Source: Octopus vulgaris (Eukaryota). Taken from it: a stretch of DNA of 64,000 nucleotides. Of this stretch, positions 40,625 to 55,589 are shown one piece after another. Position 1 is the stretch's first letter; each line of letters starts with the position of its first letter. The notes under the pieces are model-generated. The model did not search any database. It was not told the origin of the DNA and saw only the letters and a program-made list of their open reading frames with translations. Location of the stretch: positions 140,244,001 to 140,308,000 of the forward strand of contig OX597817.1 of the NCBI GenBank assembly GCA_951406725.2, in the 5' to 3' direction. The translations under genes were made by a program, and so were the position numbers.

Positions 40625-40812
40625 GTGACCGGGTGTGTACCGTTGGCGATTTTTCCCTCTGTCTTCCCTTCTTTGGATCTTTCCTTTCCCCATGTTTCTG
40701 ACGAAGAGCTCCGCTCAAAACGTTAAACCCTCCTTCCTTCTTTCTTTCCTGAGCGTCCAATAATACTATACTTGTTCCACGTCCTTGCGTTGTTGTGTTT
40801 TCATGTTTGGAT

Positions 40813-40818
<6 letters not shown>
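40625..40818 (+). mobile_element. Penelope-like pLTR fragment with hammerhead carrying one core mutation (40694-40728)
   Basis: GTTT-CTGACGA-A-GAGC[TCC]GCTC-AAAAC-GTT-AAAC (G12->A); (TA)n on both sides; same family as 10318-10483. Confidence 0.65.
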
Positions 40819-40858
<40 letters not shown>

Positions 40859-41325
40859 CAGCCGTTGCGGCAAGACACATTTTGTCTCTCTCTAGCCCTA
40901 AGGCTTTTTTCTAACGCCAGCTCAAAAATTTACTCGTCTTGTCGAAAAGACGCTTGTTTGTGACGTCTTGTTTTTGTTGTTATTATTATTATCATTATTG
41001 TTTTTATGTATTTTTGTATTCTTATTCGTGTTATCATTATTGTTTTTACGTATTTTTGTATTTTTATTCGTGTAACATCGTCCGGTTTTCCGTCCTTGTT
41101 TTGTATACATTCGAGGCTTTCTTCCAAGGAATCTAATGCGCTTGGCTTAGATTTTCCTTTGGGGCTGGCCAGATCGGAGCAATCTCAAGATTAATCATCC
41201 GAAATTGCGAAGATGATCCAGTTCTTGACTGAAGATTGAAGGCTTCGAATGTCCCGTCCGTGTTTTTTGTATCGTCTTCTAAATGTTTTACGTTCTTGTC
41301 CCAGTTTGTATTTTTTTACATTTAC

Positions 41326-41393
<68 letters not shown>

Positions 41394-41394
<1 letters not shown>

Positions 41395-41605
41395 GGCGCA
41401 GGAGTGGCTGTGTGGTAAGTGGCTTGCTTGACAATCAATGCTGGTGTGTTTACGTCCCTGTAACTTAGCAGTTTGGTAAAAGGGACCGATAGAATAAGTA
41501 CTAGGCTTACAAAGAATAAAGTCCCCGGGTCGATTTGCTCGACTAAAGGCGGTGCTTCAGCATGGCCGCAGTCAAATGACTGAAACAAGTAAAAGAATAA
41601 AGAGA
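41394..41605 (+). mobile_element. SINE family B with internal deletion
   Basis: Head joined directly to the 3' part at a TTGCTT microhomology. Confidence 0.8.
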
Positions 41606-41849
41606 TATATATATACATATGTGTGTTTATGTTTGTTTGTGCGTATGTTTATTCGTGTCCCTTCTTTCCCACCAAACATTTCCCCTGGTACATACCCCTC
41701 TCCCTTCACTACACCCATCCCCCCTCTCTATATTTCTTCCTCTCTCGTTTCCCCTCTCTATATTCCCTACTTTTTTCTCTTTGTTCTCACTCATTCCCTC
41801 TCCCCATCTTCTATTCTTAGCCACTCCTCCTCCTCCCTCTTATATTCTC

Positions 41850-41983
41850 TTTGCTTTTCATCCTTTCGGGGTCGATAAATAAAGTACCAGTTTCGCACTG
41901 GGGGGTCAATGTAATCGACTTAATCCCTTTGTCTATCCTTGTTTGTCCCCTCTATGTTTAGCCCCTTTGTGGGCAATAAAGAT
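41850..41983 (+). mobile_element. SINE family A, 5'-truncated
   Basis: TTTCATCCTTTCGGGGTCGATAAATAAAGTACCAG..TTTAGCCCCTTTGTGGGCAATAAAGA. Confidence 0.8.
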
Positions 41984-42630
41984 ATATTCTCTTATTTCGA
42001 TCCTTCCTTTTTTTTTTTCTTTCTTTCTTTCTTTATTCCCCCCCCCCCCTACACAAGCATTGATTTTGTCGTCGTCGTTCTCATTGTTGCTTTGTCAGTT
42101 AACACCATCATCATCATCATCATCATCATCGTTCTAACTTCAACTCTCTCCTCCTTACTAGACATCATCATCATCATCATCATCATCATTAATCGTTATC
42201 GTGTGTGTGTGTATGTGTATGTGTGTATGTGTGCGTGTGGTTCCCCTAATTTTTCAAAATCGATTTGAGTTCAATAAATTCCTTCCAGCTTAAAACTTAT
42301 TACCTTTCTTTTTGTTAGCCCTTTCCCCCCTCCTCCCACCGTGGTGGTCCCTATTAAACTCCAAACTGACCATTGTCCGACATATTTCATCAACTGAAGA
42401 AATTCATTCCAAATGTAATAAACCAATTTAACCCTTAACTCGTTACTTTGTATCGATTTACAAATTCAGCTCCAGTCTCTCTCTCTCTCTCTCTCTCTCT
42501 CGCTTTCCCTCCTCCTCTCTCTCTCTATCTCTCCTTTTACCCCTGTTCCTTCGTCTCTCTCTATCTCTCTGCATTTCTATCTCTTGTCTTTCTCTGTTCC
42601 TCTTGGTAGCCCTATATCTCTTTATCTCTC

Positions 42631-42668
<38 letters not shown>

Positions 42669-42720
42669 CCCCTGTCCCTTCGTCTCTCTCTCTTTCTCTC
42701 TCTGTACCCCTGTCCCTTCG

Positions 42721-42758
<38 letters not shown>

Positions 42759-42831
42759 CCTCTCGGCATCTCTGTCTTTCTATCTTTCTGTGTCTCTATC
42801 TTTATTTCTCGATCACCCCCTTCTCCTTCTC

Positions 42832-42867
<36 letters not shown>

Positions 42868-42894
42868 GTGTCACTCTGCCTCCCTCTGTCTCTC

Positions 42895-42941
<47 letters not shown>

Positions 42942-43063
42942 GTACCCCTGTCCCTTCGTCTCTCTGTCTTTCTTTGTCCCTCTCGACACCTCTGCCTTTC
43001 TATCTTTCTATGTGTCTATATCTCTCTTTATTTCTCGGTCGCCCCCTTGTCTCCATCTCTGTT

Positions 43064-43098
<35 letters not shown>

Positions 43099-43220
43099 GT
43101 ACCCCTGTCCCTTCGTATCTCTGTCTTTCTTTGTCCCTCTCGACACCTCTGCCTTTCTATCTTTCTATGTGTCTATATCTCTCTTTATTTCTCGATCGCC
43201 CCCTTGTCTCCATCTCTGTT

Positions 43221-43252
<32 letters not shown>

Positions 43253-43566
43253 CCTTCCCGTTCCTCTCTCCCTCTATGTCTCCGTGCGTCATTCGCTCCG
43301 TGTGGTCCGTTCCAAACGTCGAGTGTTTCTTCTCCACAACTGGACGAATACCTTCCACGGATTATTTTTCTGTCGGTGATTATCATTTTCAAATTGCAAC
43401 GCACCATATGTTAGCCGAAAAACTGCACCGTCTCCTCCTGCACCTTGACTTTATTAAGAACATGCAACAACAGCAGCAACAACACGAAGAATAACAAAAC
43501 ACCAAAGAGACAAAACTAAAAACACAAGACTAATAATAAGAAACGAGAAATTAATTTACAAACAAA

Positions 43567-44450
<884 letters not shown>

Positions 44451-44892
44451 GGATTAAACATAAAAGACGAAAACAGAGGAAACAAAAAATAAGAGCCCAA
44501 CACATTGTTATGGTTTTAGACATGTAGATAGAGTAAGAAGAGTAAGAGAGAGAGAGGGGGAAGAAAGGGAGAGAGAGAGGGGGGAGAAAGGGAGAGAGAG
44601 GGGGTGGAATGAGGGGAAAACGTAACTTAAACGTTGCGCGATTAAAGAGGACCTTTAAGGGAGTTTGCCATGTACAGGTGTGTGTGTGTGTGTGTGTGTG
44701 TACTTGTACATACACATATGGACATATATATGTATATACATATATATGTGTGTGTATGTATCGATATATATGTATGCTTACTTATGTGTATAAATATACG
44801 CATATGTAAATGTGCGTATAAATACATATATATATATATATTCTGTGTGCGTGTGTGTGCATATATATATATATAGTTATATGTATATATGT

Positions 44893-44948
<56 letters not shown>

Positions 44949-45001
44949 TTATATGTATATATGTATACATACATATATATATATATATACATACATATAC
45001 A

Positions 45002-45232
45002 AATTAAGGACTGAACACGAAAAGTGGACAGTCAACATGCTAGATATAGACGTCAAATCGTCATTCTCCACAAAAGATTATGTTCTCAGATCAAACTCAA
45101 CAGCATGTTGACTGTCCACTTTTCGTGTTCAGTCCTTAATTGGTATATATAAATATTTTAATCTTCGGATTCTTTTTTAATATGCTAGACCACTGGTCTT
45201 AATTGATAAATATCAATTTCTACCCTTAATTA
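45002..45232. mobile_element. small inverted-repeat insertion, probably an inverted PLE pLTR pair
   Basis: 40-bp perfect arms at 45002-45041 and 45102-45141 with a 60-nt spacer; the right copy extends ~90 nt further; in (TA)n. Confidence 0.55.
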
Positions 45233-45271
45233 ATTTTATACATACATATATGTATATACGTATATATATAT

Positions 45272-45337
<66 letters not shown>

Positions 45338-45486
45338 TCTTTTTCTCGTTTCAGCCATGCAGCTGCGGTCATGCTGGGGCACCACCGTAGGATGTGGGAT
45401 ATATCTATGAGTGTGTGTGTGTGTGTGAGTGTATGTGTGTGAGTGTGTGTATATACGTGTGTATGTGTGTGTGTGTGTTTGTGTGG

Positions 45487-45517
<31 letters not shown>

Positions 45518-46111
45518 CACACGCATGTATATGTATATAGTTATGTCTATGTATGTATGCGTCTGTAAGTGTGTATATGCCTATGTGTGTGTGTGTGTGT
45601 GTGTGATCCGGTGCACGATTTCTGAACAGAAGAGCGAAGACAACGGCAAGGGAAAGAAAGAAAGAATAAGAAAGTGAACGAACGAATCGGAAGCTAATCA
45701 AATAGATACGCCGACACACAAATATTCAGACTAAACTCGGTTAGAGGAGAAACGTGCCAATCAGCAATCTGTCTATCGTTATAGCCATATGCATACGTGT
45801 ACGTATGTATGTATGTATGTATGTATGTATGTATGTATGTATGTATGTATGTATGTATGTATGTATGTATGTATGTATGTGTGTGTGTATTTATGTATGT
45901 ATGTATGTATGTATGTATGTATGTATGTATGTATGTACGTACGTATGTATGTATATATGTATGTATGTATGTACGTACGTATGTATGTATGTATGTATGT
46001 ATGTATGTATGTATGTATGTATACACACATACTTATATATATGCGTGTGTCTCTCTCTCTCTATATATAATGTGTATGTATGTGTGCTTATGCATGGACG
46101 TGTATGTGTGC

Positions 46112-46156
<45 letters not shown>

Positions 46157-46270
46157 TATACTTGTATATGTATAAACGCTTTGGTAGATAGACAGATAGA
46201 TACATAGTCATATAGTTATGACTATCTCTTTCTCTTTCATTACCTTTTCTTCTCTGTCTGTCTGTCTGCC

Positions 46271-46301
<31 letters not shown>

Positions 46302-46423
46302 GTCCGTCTGTCTGTCTGTCTGTCTCTTTCTCTCTTCCTCTCTCTCCTTCTCTCTCTCTCTCTGTTGCACATTCAAACAGGCATGGGCGTAAATTTTGAA
46401 TATATATATATGAGCAAAAGGTA

Positions 46424-46455
<32 letters not shown>

Positions 46456-46512
46456 CATATATATGTATATATATATATATACATATATATATATACATAC
46501 CTTTTGCTCATA

Positions 46513-46571
<59 letters not shown>

Positions 46572-46909
46572 ATACGCACACACACTCACGCGCGCGCGCA
46601 CACGCACACACACACAAGATATTGACACCATATAAAATAGCATCTAATATCTGTTTGTCACTCTTTGTCTCCCTTCTTTCTCGGCCGTGCGCACCTACTC
46701 TTTCTCTTTCAGATGCTGCTTTGCGTGTCTTTTTTTATCCATTTTGGCTAAGTGTCTCTACTGTCTCCAATAAAATTATTAGGAGAGAAATAAATGTAAT
46801 ATGCAAGGGTTACTGCTGCCAGGGTTCCCGCACGCACGTGCCCTTTCTCTCTCACAAAATTCCTGCAACTCTCCTTTTACACACAACAACAACAAAAATA
46901 ATTAAAGAA

Positions 46910-46961
<52 letters not shown>

Positions 46962-47115
46962 CAGGGGAAAAAAATGGACAACCGCCTAGAGATAGTAGTC
47001 AATTCTTTGTCCCTCGCTTTTTTTCTCAATTACAAACCAACCAGCTAATTTCAGCTTTCGAGGAACCACCAACACTATCACAACCACCTTGCCGTTGTCA
47101 TCATCGTCGTCGTCG

Positions 47116-47199
<84 letters not shown>

Positions 47200-47424
47200 T
47201 CATCATCATCATCATCAGGACAGTGACAATTTCAGTCGACACCAGAATGTCTCTTGTCGTTATTACGTTTCCCTTAAAACGAAATCTAAAAAAAAAAGTG
47301 GGGTGGGGGTGGGGTGGGGAGAGAGAGAAAGAGAAAGAGAGAGAGAGAGAGAGAATTAAGTGTTGCTAACATCGCCGATAGCAGCAAGTCACTCCGACGA
47401 CAATAACAACCGCCAGGTACTTAT

Positions 47425-47458
<34 letters not shown>

Positions 47459-47604
47459 GCTACTACTACTACTACTACTACGACGACGACGACGACGACG
47501 ACCACCACCACCACCACCACCACCACCACCATCACCACCACCACAACCACCACCACCACCACCACCACCACCACCACCACAACATTATGAGCAGCAACAA
47601 CTTC

Positions 47605-47639
<35 letters not shown>

Positions 47640-47829
47640 TGATGATGATGATGATGATGATGAAAAATAAAGAAAGCATGAAGAGTCAGCCTCCCATTCC
47701 ACAGCGCAGCCCTCGTTCAATGTCAGAGAATCGTTTTCCATTTCAGAGTCCATTTTTTTTTCTGGTGGCATTAAAGAGCAAACCTAACAAAACACCACCA
47801 AAAAAACAAAAAAAAACAACAAAAAAATG

Positions 47830-48270
47830 ATTTCGAATTTTGACACAAGGCCAGCAATTCCTGAAAAGGGACTAAGTTGATTAGATTGACCTGCCCTCCT
47901 TTCCCCCCAACCCCCAGTGTACGACAGGTATTTGTTTATCGGAATTTTTGAACTCAGAACGTAAAAGCCGGACGAAATGCCGCTTTGCATTTTACCCGGC
48001 GTGCTAACGATTCCGCCAGCTCGCTGCCTTAACAACAGCAGCAGCAACAACAACAACAACAACAACAATCCTATCGGTACAAGGCCTGATATTTGGGTGG
48101 TATGGGCTGTCCATCAAATCGACCCTAGTGCATAAATGATAGTTTATTCTATGGACCCCGAAAGGGGTGAAAGGTAAAGCTGACCTCGGCGGCGTTTGAA
48201 CTCAGAGCGTAAATCCGGAAAAATTGCCACTAAGCATTTTGTCCGGCACGGTAACAATTCTGCAACTCAC
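47830..48270 (-). mobile_element. two decayed SINE family A (alternative-tail) copies
   Basis: TTTGAACTCAGAACGTAAA..GCTAACGATTCCGCCAGCTCG motifs at ~47950-48030 and ~48190-48270. Confidence 0.75.
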
Positions 48271-48295
48271 TGTTTCACTAATAATAATAATAATA

Positions 48296-48331
<36 letters not shown>

Positions 48332-48337
<6 letters not shown>

Positions 48338-48975
48338 CATATTATCTCTAGCTGCCCAGTCCTGGCTAAGAAGGAATATATTCACAGACATGACAGAGTT
48401 GGAACTTACATACATTGGAAGCTATGCCAACATTATGGAATAACAACAGAAAAAAGATGGTATAGGCACACACCAGAAAAGGTCACAGAAAACGAGAAAG
48501 CAACCATACTCTGGGATATGCCGATACACACAGATAGAGAAATTAAGGCCAACAGACCAGATATAGTTGTCAGAGACCATGAAGAAAAAAAAATGCTTTC
48601 TAATTGATGTATCAGTACCGGCAGATGACAACGTGTCTCTAAAAGAAATGGAGAAACTCTCAAAATACAAAGACCTGGAAATAGAGGTAACTCGAATGTG
48701 GAATCTGAAAACAGAAACAATTCCTATCATAGTAGGTGCATTAGGCATGATAAAAAAATATTCAGACAAATACATAACAAAAACACCAGGACTTACAAAC
48801 ACATATAACATACAGAAAATTGCACTACTAGGCACTGCACACATCCTACGCAGAACACTTTCCATACAATAACCATCAGAGCATCACAACAAATCACAGC
48901 ACATACCCAAGGCACACAGAGCTGCGCTCGGTAGTGAAGTGAAAGCACGCTATAAAAATAAAAATAAAACTACTG
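48332..48975 (+). mobile_element. 5'-truncated R4/Dong-clade LINE (CCHC end, RLE, 3' UTR) inside (TAA)n
   Basis: INHIISSCPVLAKKEYIHRHD..RPDIVVRD/CFLIDVSVPADDNVSLKEMEKLSKYKDL..LLGTAHILRRTLSIQ*; highly similar to 6108-6740; (TAA)n on both sides. Confidence 0.92.
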
Positions 48976-49049
48976 AATAATAATAATAATAATAATAATA
49001 GTTGTAGTAGTAGTAGTAGTAATAATAATAATAATAATAATAATAATCC

Positions 49050-49255
49050 TTTCCACTATAAGCACAAGGCTTGATATTTTGCGGGAGGGGCTAAGTCGAT
49101 TATATCGACTCCAGTACGCAACTGGTATTAATTTTATCGACTCCGAAAGGACAAAGAGCAAAGTTGACTTGAGCGGAATTTGAACTCAGAGACGGACGAA
49201 ATGCCGCTACGCATTTTGCCCAGCACGGTAACGATTCTGCCGGCTCACCACCATC
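49050..49255 (-). mobile_element. SINE family A (alternative-tail) copy
   Basis: Same core motifs as the other copies. Confidence 0.75.
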
Positions 49256-49423
49256 AAGAGTCATTTCTACTATTAGGCACAAGGCCTGAAATGTTGGAGG
49301 GGGGGGGGAAGGGCAAGTCGATTATATCGATCCCCATATAACAACAGCAGCAGCAACAACAACAACAACAATAATATTAATAATAATAACAATAATAACA
49401 ATTAATAATAATAATAATAATAA

Positions 49424-49458
<35 letters not shown>

Positions 49459-49482
49459 ATAATAATAAATATAATAATAATA

Positions 49483-49578
49483 AACCATCAGAGCACCACA
49501 GCAAACGACAGCTCATACCCAAGGCACACAGAGCTGCGCTCGGTAGTGCAGTGAAAGCACTTGATAAAAATAAGACTA

Positions 49579-49581
<3 letters not shown>
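49483..49581 (+). mobile_element. Dong-like LINE 3'-UTR-only insertion in (TAA)n
   Basis: AACCATCAGAGCAC..CCCAAGGCACACAGAGCTGCGCTCGGTAGTG..CTACTG|AATAAT, matching 48871-48975. Confidence 0.85.
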
Positions 49582-49639
<58 letters not shown>

Positions 49640-49657
49640 TGTACAATAATAATAATG

Positions 49658-49699
<42 letters not shown>

Positions 49700-49930
49700 G
49701 TTTTAAATTTTACCACAAGGGCAGCAATGTTGGGGGAGGGGGATGAATCGATTACGTCGACCCAGTGTATAACTGGTACTTATTTTATCGACCCTGAAAG
49801 GCATGAAGGGCAAAGTCGACCTCGGCGGCATTTGAAGTTTTTATTTAATAATAAACTCAAACTCTGTTTATTAGTCTGAATAATAACAGCAATAATAATT
49901 AACGGAGGACGGTTGTGATGATGATGATGT

Positions 49931-49969
<39 letters not shown>

Positions 49970-50976
49970 CGACGACGACGACGGTGGTGGTGGTGGTGGT
50001 GATGGTAGTGAGGAAGAGAAGGGCGAGAGAATTAATAGAGGCGATGGTGGTTGTGTTGAAAGAGTAACTAATGTAAAAAGAAAAAGATGAGAATGAATGA
50101 ATGAATGAATGAATGAAAAGAGTGAAAGAGAGACCGAAAGAAAGAGAGACTGAATGAATGAATGAATGAAAAGAATGAAAGAGAGAACGAAAGAAAGAGA
50201 GAACGAAAGAAAGATAGACTGAATGAATGAACGAATGAAAAGAATGAAAGAGAGAACGAAAGAAAGAGAATCTGAATGAATGAATGAAAAGAATGAAAGA
50301 GAGAACGAAAGAAAGAGAGAACGAAAGAAAGAGAGAACGAAAGAAAGAGAGAACGAAAAAAAGAGAGACTGAATGAATGAAAAGAATGAATGAATGAATG
50401 AATGAACGAACGAAGCTGTAATCTGTATTAGCGAAGGAAGAAAGGAAAAACAATTTTTAGTGGAGTGTAGGTTGGTGAATCGCGCAATGTTGAAGAGATG
50501 TTCGGAAGTGACGGAGGTGAAAGACAACAACAACAACAACAACAACAACAATAGCTAAGCAGAAATCAACACGTTGTGAGGAGAAGGCGGAGGAGGAGGA
50601 GAAGGAGGAGGAGAAGGAGGAGAGGAGAGGAGGAGGCAGTGATGTTTACACGATAGGAAATAAATGAATTTTACGTGCAATGGCTATGTACGTGTGTCTG
50701 CGGCCGTCGTCACATCTCTCTCTTGGTAAATGGATCTTATCTACGTACGCTCTACCCATTGCAACACTCCGACACAGCGCTGTATGGCGGCGACATGCGA
50801 CCAACACATAGATAGCACGCTCTTCTTTCCTTTTTTTTTATTTTTTTCTATTTTTTTTCTTCTTCTTTGATTCAATTCCGATGTTAAAGCATCACCATTC
50901 GCAAGGATTATATTTTGCCGTTTTGGATTTATTATATATACACAGTTACAAACAACAGCAACAACAATAATGCCGA

Positions 50977-51007
<31 letters not shown>

Positions 51008-51314
51008 AGCATGCAAACCGACAGATGAAATTCTATGGATACCTTGGTTGCAGAGTTTTATGTGCATGGATTTAGTGTGATGGTTAAATATTTCCTGTAA
51101 TACTGGAATCGATGACAAAAACTAGCCAGGCTCTGGACAGACGGACAGGCCGGCTGGAATAACCGTTTCTGTCTCTTCGTTCCCACTGCATCTTCGTTCG
51201 TTGTCAAGAATGCACAAAATAAAACACATGACAACTGGTTGAAAAATGCTCGTAAAACAACATTCAGTAACGTGCTGAAGAAGGAGTGTGTATTAAACAC
51301 ACACATACACACAT

Positions 51315-51355
<41 letters not shown>

Positions 51356-51908
51356 CACACACAGATACATCAATCCATCCAATTTCTGTGTCTGTGTATA
51401 GAGAAAAGCACATACACATCGTGCATCAATTCGATTCATGTTTATAAGAACTTTTCTTTTATAAATTGGTATTTGAAAAAAAAAAAAAACCAAAAAAAAA
51501 ACAAAGATTGTAAAAGAAAGAAAAAAAGAAAGAAAAAAAGAATCCCTTTCTTTGTCATCTCAATGATCCCTAATGCCGTCTAAAAGGCTGTATTTATTGT
51601 GTTTTAAACGAGGATTATAACTGCTACTCGTTCATTCGCATTGGAAATATTTTGTCTTTCTTTTTGTTTAGCAAATCCCAAAAGAAGTTATTGAAATTTC
51701 TTCTTTAAAATTTCGTCACCCCCCCCCACACACACACACGCGATTTTGTCGGTGTTTACAGAAGAATGCGTTTGGTAACGGTTTCATTCTCAGAAAGGAG
51801 TTGAATTACTTGTCTTTGTAAAAATTATTTCTTCTTCTTCTTCTTCTTCTTCTTCTTCTTCTTCTTCTTCTTCTTCTTCTTCTTCTTCGTCTTCTTCTTT
51901 CCTTCCTT

Positions 51909-51953
<45 letters not shown>

Positions 51954-52666
51954 CAACTAAATTATCGATTCGTGTCCACCATAATTACTTCTGTATTCCC
52001 TGGAACCATCCCAGGAACTAAGCAGTCGGAACATGTGCAGTGTTTGGCTCTTGCAATTCCGAGTGGTTGTTGAACCACCTCCTCTCATCAACTCGCATAA
52101 CTAAATCGCCGTCACCACCGTCACCACCACCACCACCACCACCACCACTAGCACCACCACCATCACCACCACCTTCACCACCACCACCACCACCATCATC
52201 ATGTCTCTTCAACGGCAGGACTTCTTTTCACATACATTATTTACACGCAATCACAAACACACATGCTTTTTTGCGAAACCCGGTCCCGGCGAATCGACAC
52301 AGTTTTTCCTCAAACGCACTGAACAGCCACCACAATAGATCGACCACCAATTCCCTAAACACACTAACCGCAACAACAACATTCCAACTCGACCACAATA
52401 ATATTCCTACAACAGTCAATAGATTTCACATGTGCATCTATTATTTTATATATTTGCTTAATTATCTTCGTCGACTAAAGACGGCTCAAAATACGACTTG
52501 AAATTAAGAAGGCAGGGAATGGTAAAAGGCTTTTAGCAGTAAGAAATTCCAAGGTTTTTAGCTTTGTTTCTACTTTCTTTCTCGTGCATTTTACTATATT
52601 TCATCACGTATATATATTTGCTAATCTGTATTAATTTTATTATATCGAGAGTGGAGATATAGACAC

Positions 52667-52749
<83 letters not shown>

Positions 52750-53004
52750 AACAGACTGAAGGACGACTGTGTTTGTTTTGCAAAGATAAGATGCTTGCTA
52801 AGAAGCCGGCTTTTTACCGATCGAATTAGGGTTGATTATTAATTAACATTGGTTATTCAGAACACGTTCAAACGCCAAAAATCAAAATAAAAATAAAAAA
52901 GAAAGTAAAAAGGCTCCCATTGTGTGAAAGAAATTCCTTGTGATTTTATTACAGCAATAAAACAACAATAACAATCTATTGTCATAATATTAATAATAAT
53001 AATA

Positions 53005-53078
<74 letters not shown>

Positions 53079-53520
53079 CCACAACACAAGAAATAATGAC
53101 TTGGAAGATTTGTCAACATATTCAGAGTTGTAGCTTATGAAAAACGATAGCATTTCTGGTAAGTTCTACCGTTGCGAAAGAATTTGCGTGAAATTTGGTC
53201 CTTCTTCACTATAACCATTGGTTTGATAATCTAATTCGTTAAGGTTTTTAATTACTATAAGTAATAAGTGGTTGTAATTATTATAGTAAACAACCAGTAG
53301 TCTTTTTAAACTATCAGCATCAGTATCATCATCATAATCATCGTCTTAATATTTTGCTTCGAATAAATTGAAACGGAAGTAGCCGAAACACCAACACAAA
53401 CCACTTCGTTGCAAAGCTAAGCTCTGCTTAGAAATTTGGATTCTTCTTGTCTGCAACATATATAGGCTCGTTATACATACATACATACATACATACATAC
53501 ATACATACATACATACGTAC

Positions 53521-53551
<31 letters not shown>

Positions 53552-53584
53552 CATACATACATACATACATACATACATACGTAC

Positions 53585-53615
<31 letters not shown>

Positions 53616-53789
53616 CATACATACGTACGTACGTACGTACATACATACTTACATACATATATATATATATATATGTATATACACACTGACAGACCTCCCC
53701 CATAGACACACGGCTTCACGACTATAGCCACCCATAAACTATATATCGTAGCCCCATGTACATGCATAGACAAAATTAGAAATACATAC

Positions 53790-53859
53790 GTTTTCTCATC
53801 AAACTGCAACCCCACCACGTTGCATGTTGCACTAATAACCACAACAACGTTAGGAGCAT
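53790..53859 (-). CDS. candidate first coding exon (signal-peptide-like) of a minus-strand gene
   Basis: ATG 53859 gives MLLTLLWLLVQHATWWGCSLMRK + 1 nt, then a GTATGT donor (53789-53784), phase 1. No independent support. Confidence 0.25.
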
Positions 53860-53918
53860 CGAACACCTTATACGTACGACAGAGGTTGGGATAGCCCGGA
53901 CACACACACGGACACACA

Positions 53919-53989
<71 letters not shown>

Positions 53990-54798
53990 GAACAAATAAG
54001 AGCAGCAACAGAAGTCTAGTTGTAATTTCAATCAACGCTAACATTGTTGTTGGTGCGTGAGAGATAGCAAGTGCGTGTTGTTTTTAACAGCCGCCATCAG
54101 CACCGCTGTTGCTACAGTTGGTGTTGCGCTACTCCCGCCGTCCATTGTGACAGCACTGCTGCTGCTGCTGTTGCTGCCGTTGCTGCTGTTGCTGCCGTTG
54201 CTGCTGTTGCTGCTGCTACCGGTGCTGCTATTATTGTTGTTGCTGCTGCTGCTGCTGCTAGTGGTGTTGATATTGGAAACGGCGATGACCAGAGCCATGA
54301 TGGTCACGATGATGATCATGATCATGATGATGATGATGATGTCGATTGATCTGCTGTGATTGGAATAAACGACAATAACGAGGACCGATCAAACCCAGCC
54401 CCCTCAACCCCCCGTCATCCAGGCCAACCAGCCAACCAACCAGCCAACCAACCGGCCAACCAGCCAACCAACCAACCAGCCAGCCAACCTGCCAGCCAGC
54501 CAGCCAGCCAGGCAGTAGAGACACTCTAAGAAAGACCTTAAACAGCTGCCACCAGCCACGGTTTTTCAAACTGTCCTTACACCACCCCCAGTGCGACGTA
54601 GGTGGCGGTAGCAGTGGTTGTGGTGGTTGTGGTGGCGGCGGTGTCTCTCCCTCCACCACCTTCACCCCACCCACCCTTTGTATATTCATCTCTTTGCTCA
54701 TTCATTTGCTTACCCTCTTCCCCACCCACCAACCACCCACCCTCTCTCTCTCTCTCTCTCTCCATACTTGCATACAGCTGCTGCGCTGGTGTGTAACA

Positions 54799-54864
<66 letters not shown>

Positions 54865-54876
54865 CACTACTACTGC

Positions 54877-54940
<64 letters not shown>

Positions 54941-55319
54941 ATTGTTGTTGCTTATATGAGTTAGAAATTTGTTAAAAACTAGACACATAAGCACAGAATT
55001 GGCAAAAAGCAACATTGAATACTACAAGATACCCTGAATCTCAATTAAAGTCAATTCTTCAAACAACAGTCACAATAACAGCAACATTTCAAAACATAAT
55101 AATTAGTGTAATTAAACTAAACTACAACCGGTGTTAATTCCTTTATTTATATATTTATTTATTTATTATAATATTTAATTTGTCCTCCCCCTCCACGCCT
55201 ACAGCCTCTCTCTCTCTTTCTCTCACTTTCTCTCTCTTTCTACGCCCTCTCCTCCTTCTCTCTAGCAATCCCTTTCGTTCTATACCTACTTACCTATCTA
55301 CATCTCTCTCTCTCTCTTA

Positions 55320-55405
<86 letters not shown>

Positions 55406-55535
55406 ATGTATGTATGTATGAGTGTGTGTGTGTTTGTACATAAATGGTTGGAGCTTCCGAGTGTCGTTACGTGAGACACCTTGGTGTAATGAGTTCATAT
55501 CTGCGTGGGTGCTCATCTCACTAAGAGAGCTCTCT

Positions 55536-55589
<54 letters not shown>

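Noticed and set aside
41225-41260. CTGAAGA as a hammerhead core
   Set aside because: No GAAA box or stem I closure in register.
52040-52501. 153-aa poly-Pro ORF (formin/WASP-like)
   Set aside because: The poly-Pro is an (ACC)n microsatellite; GTG start and no flanking domain.
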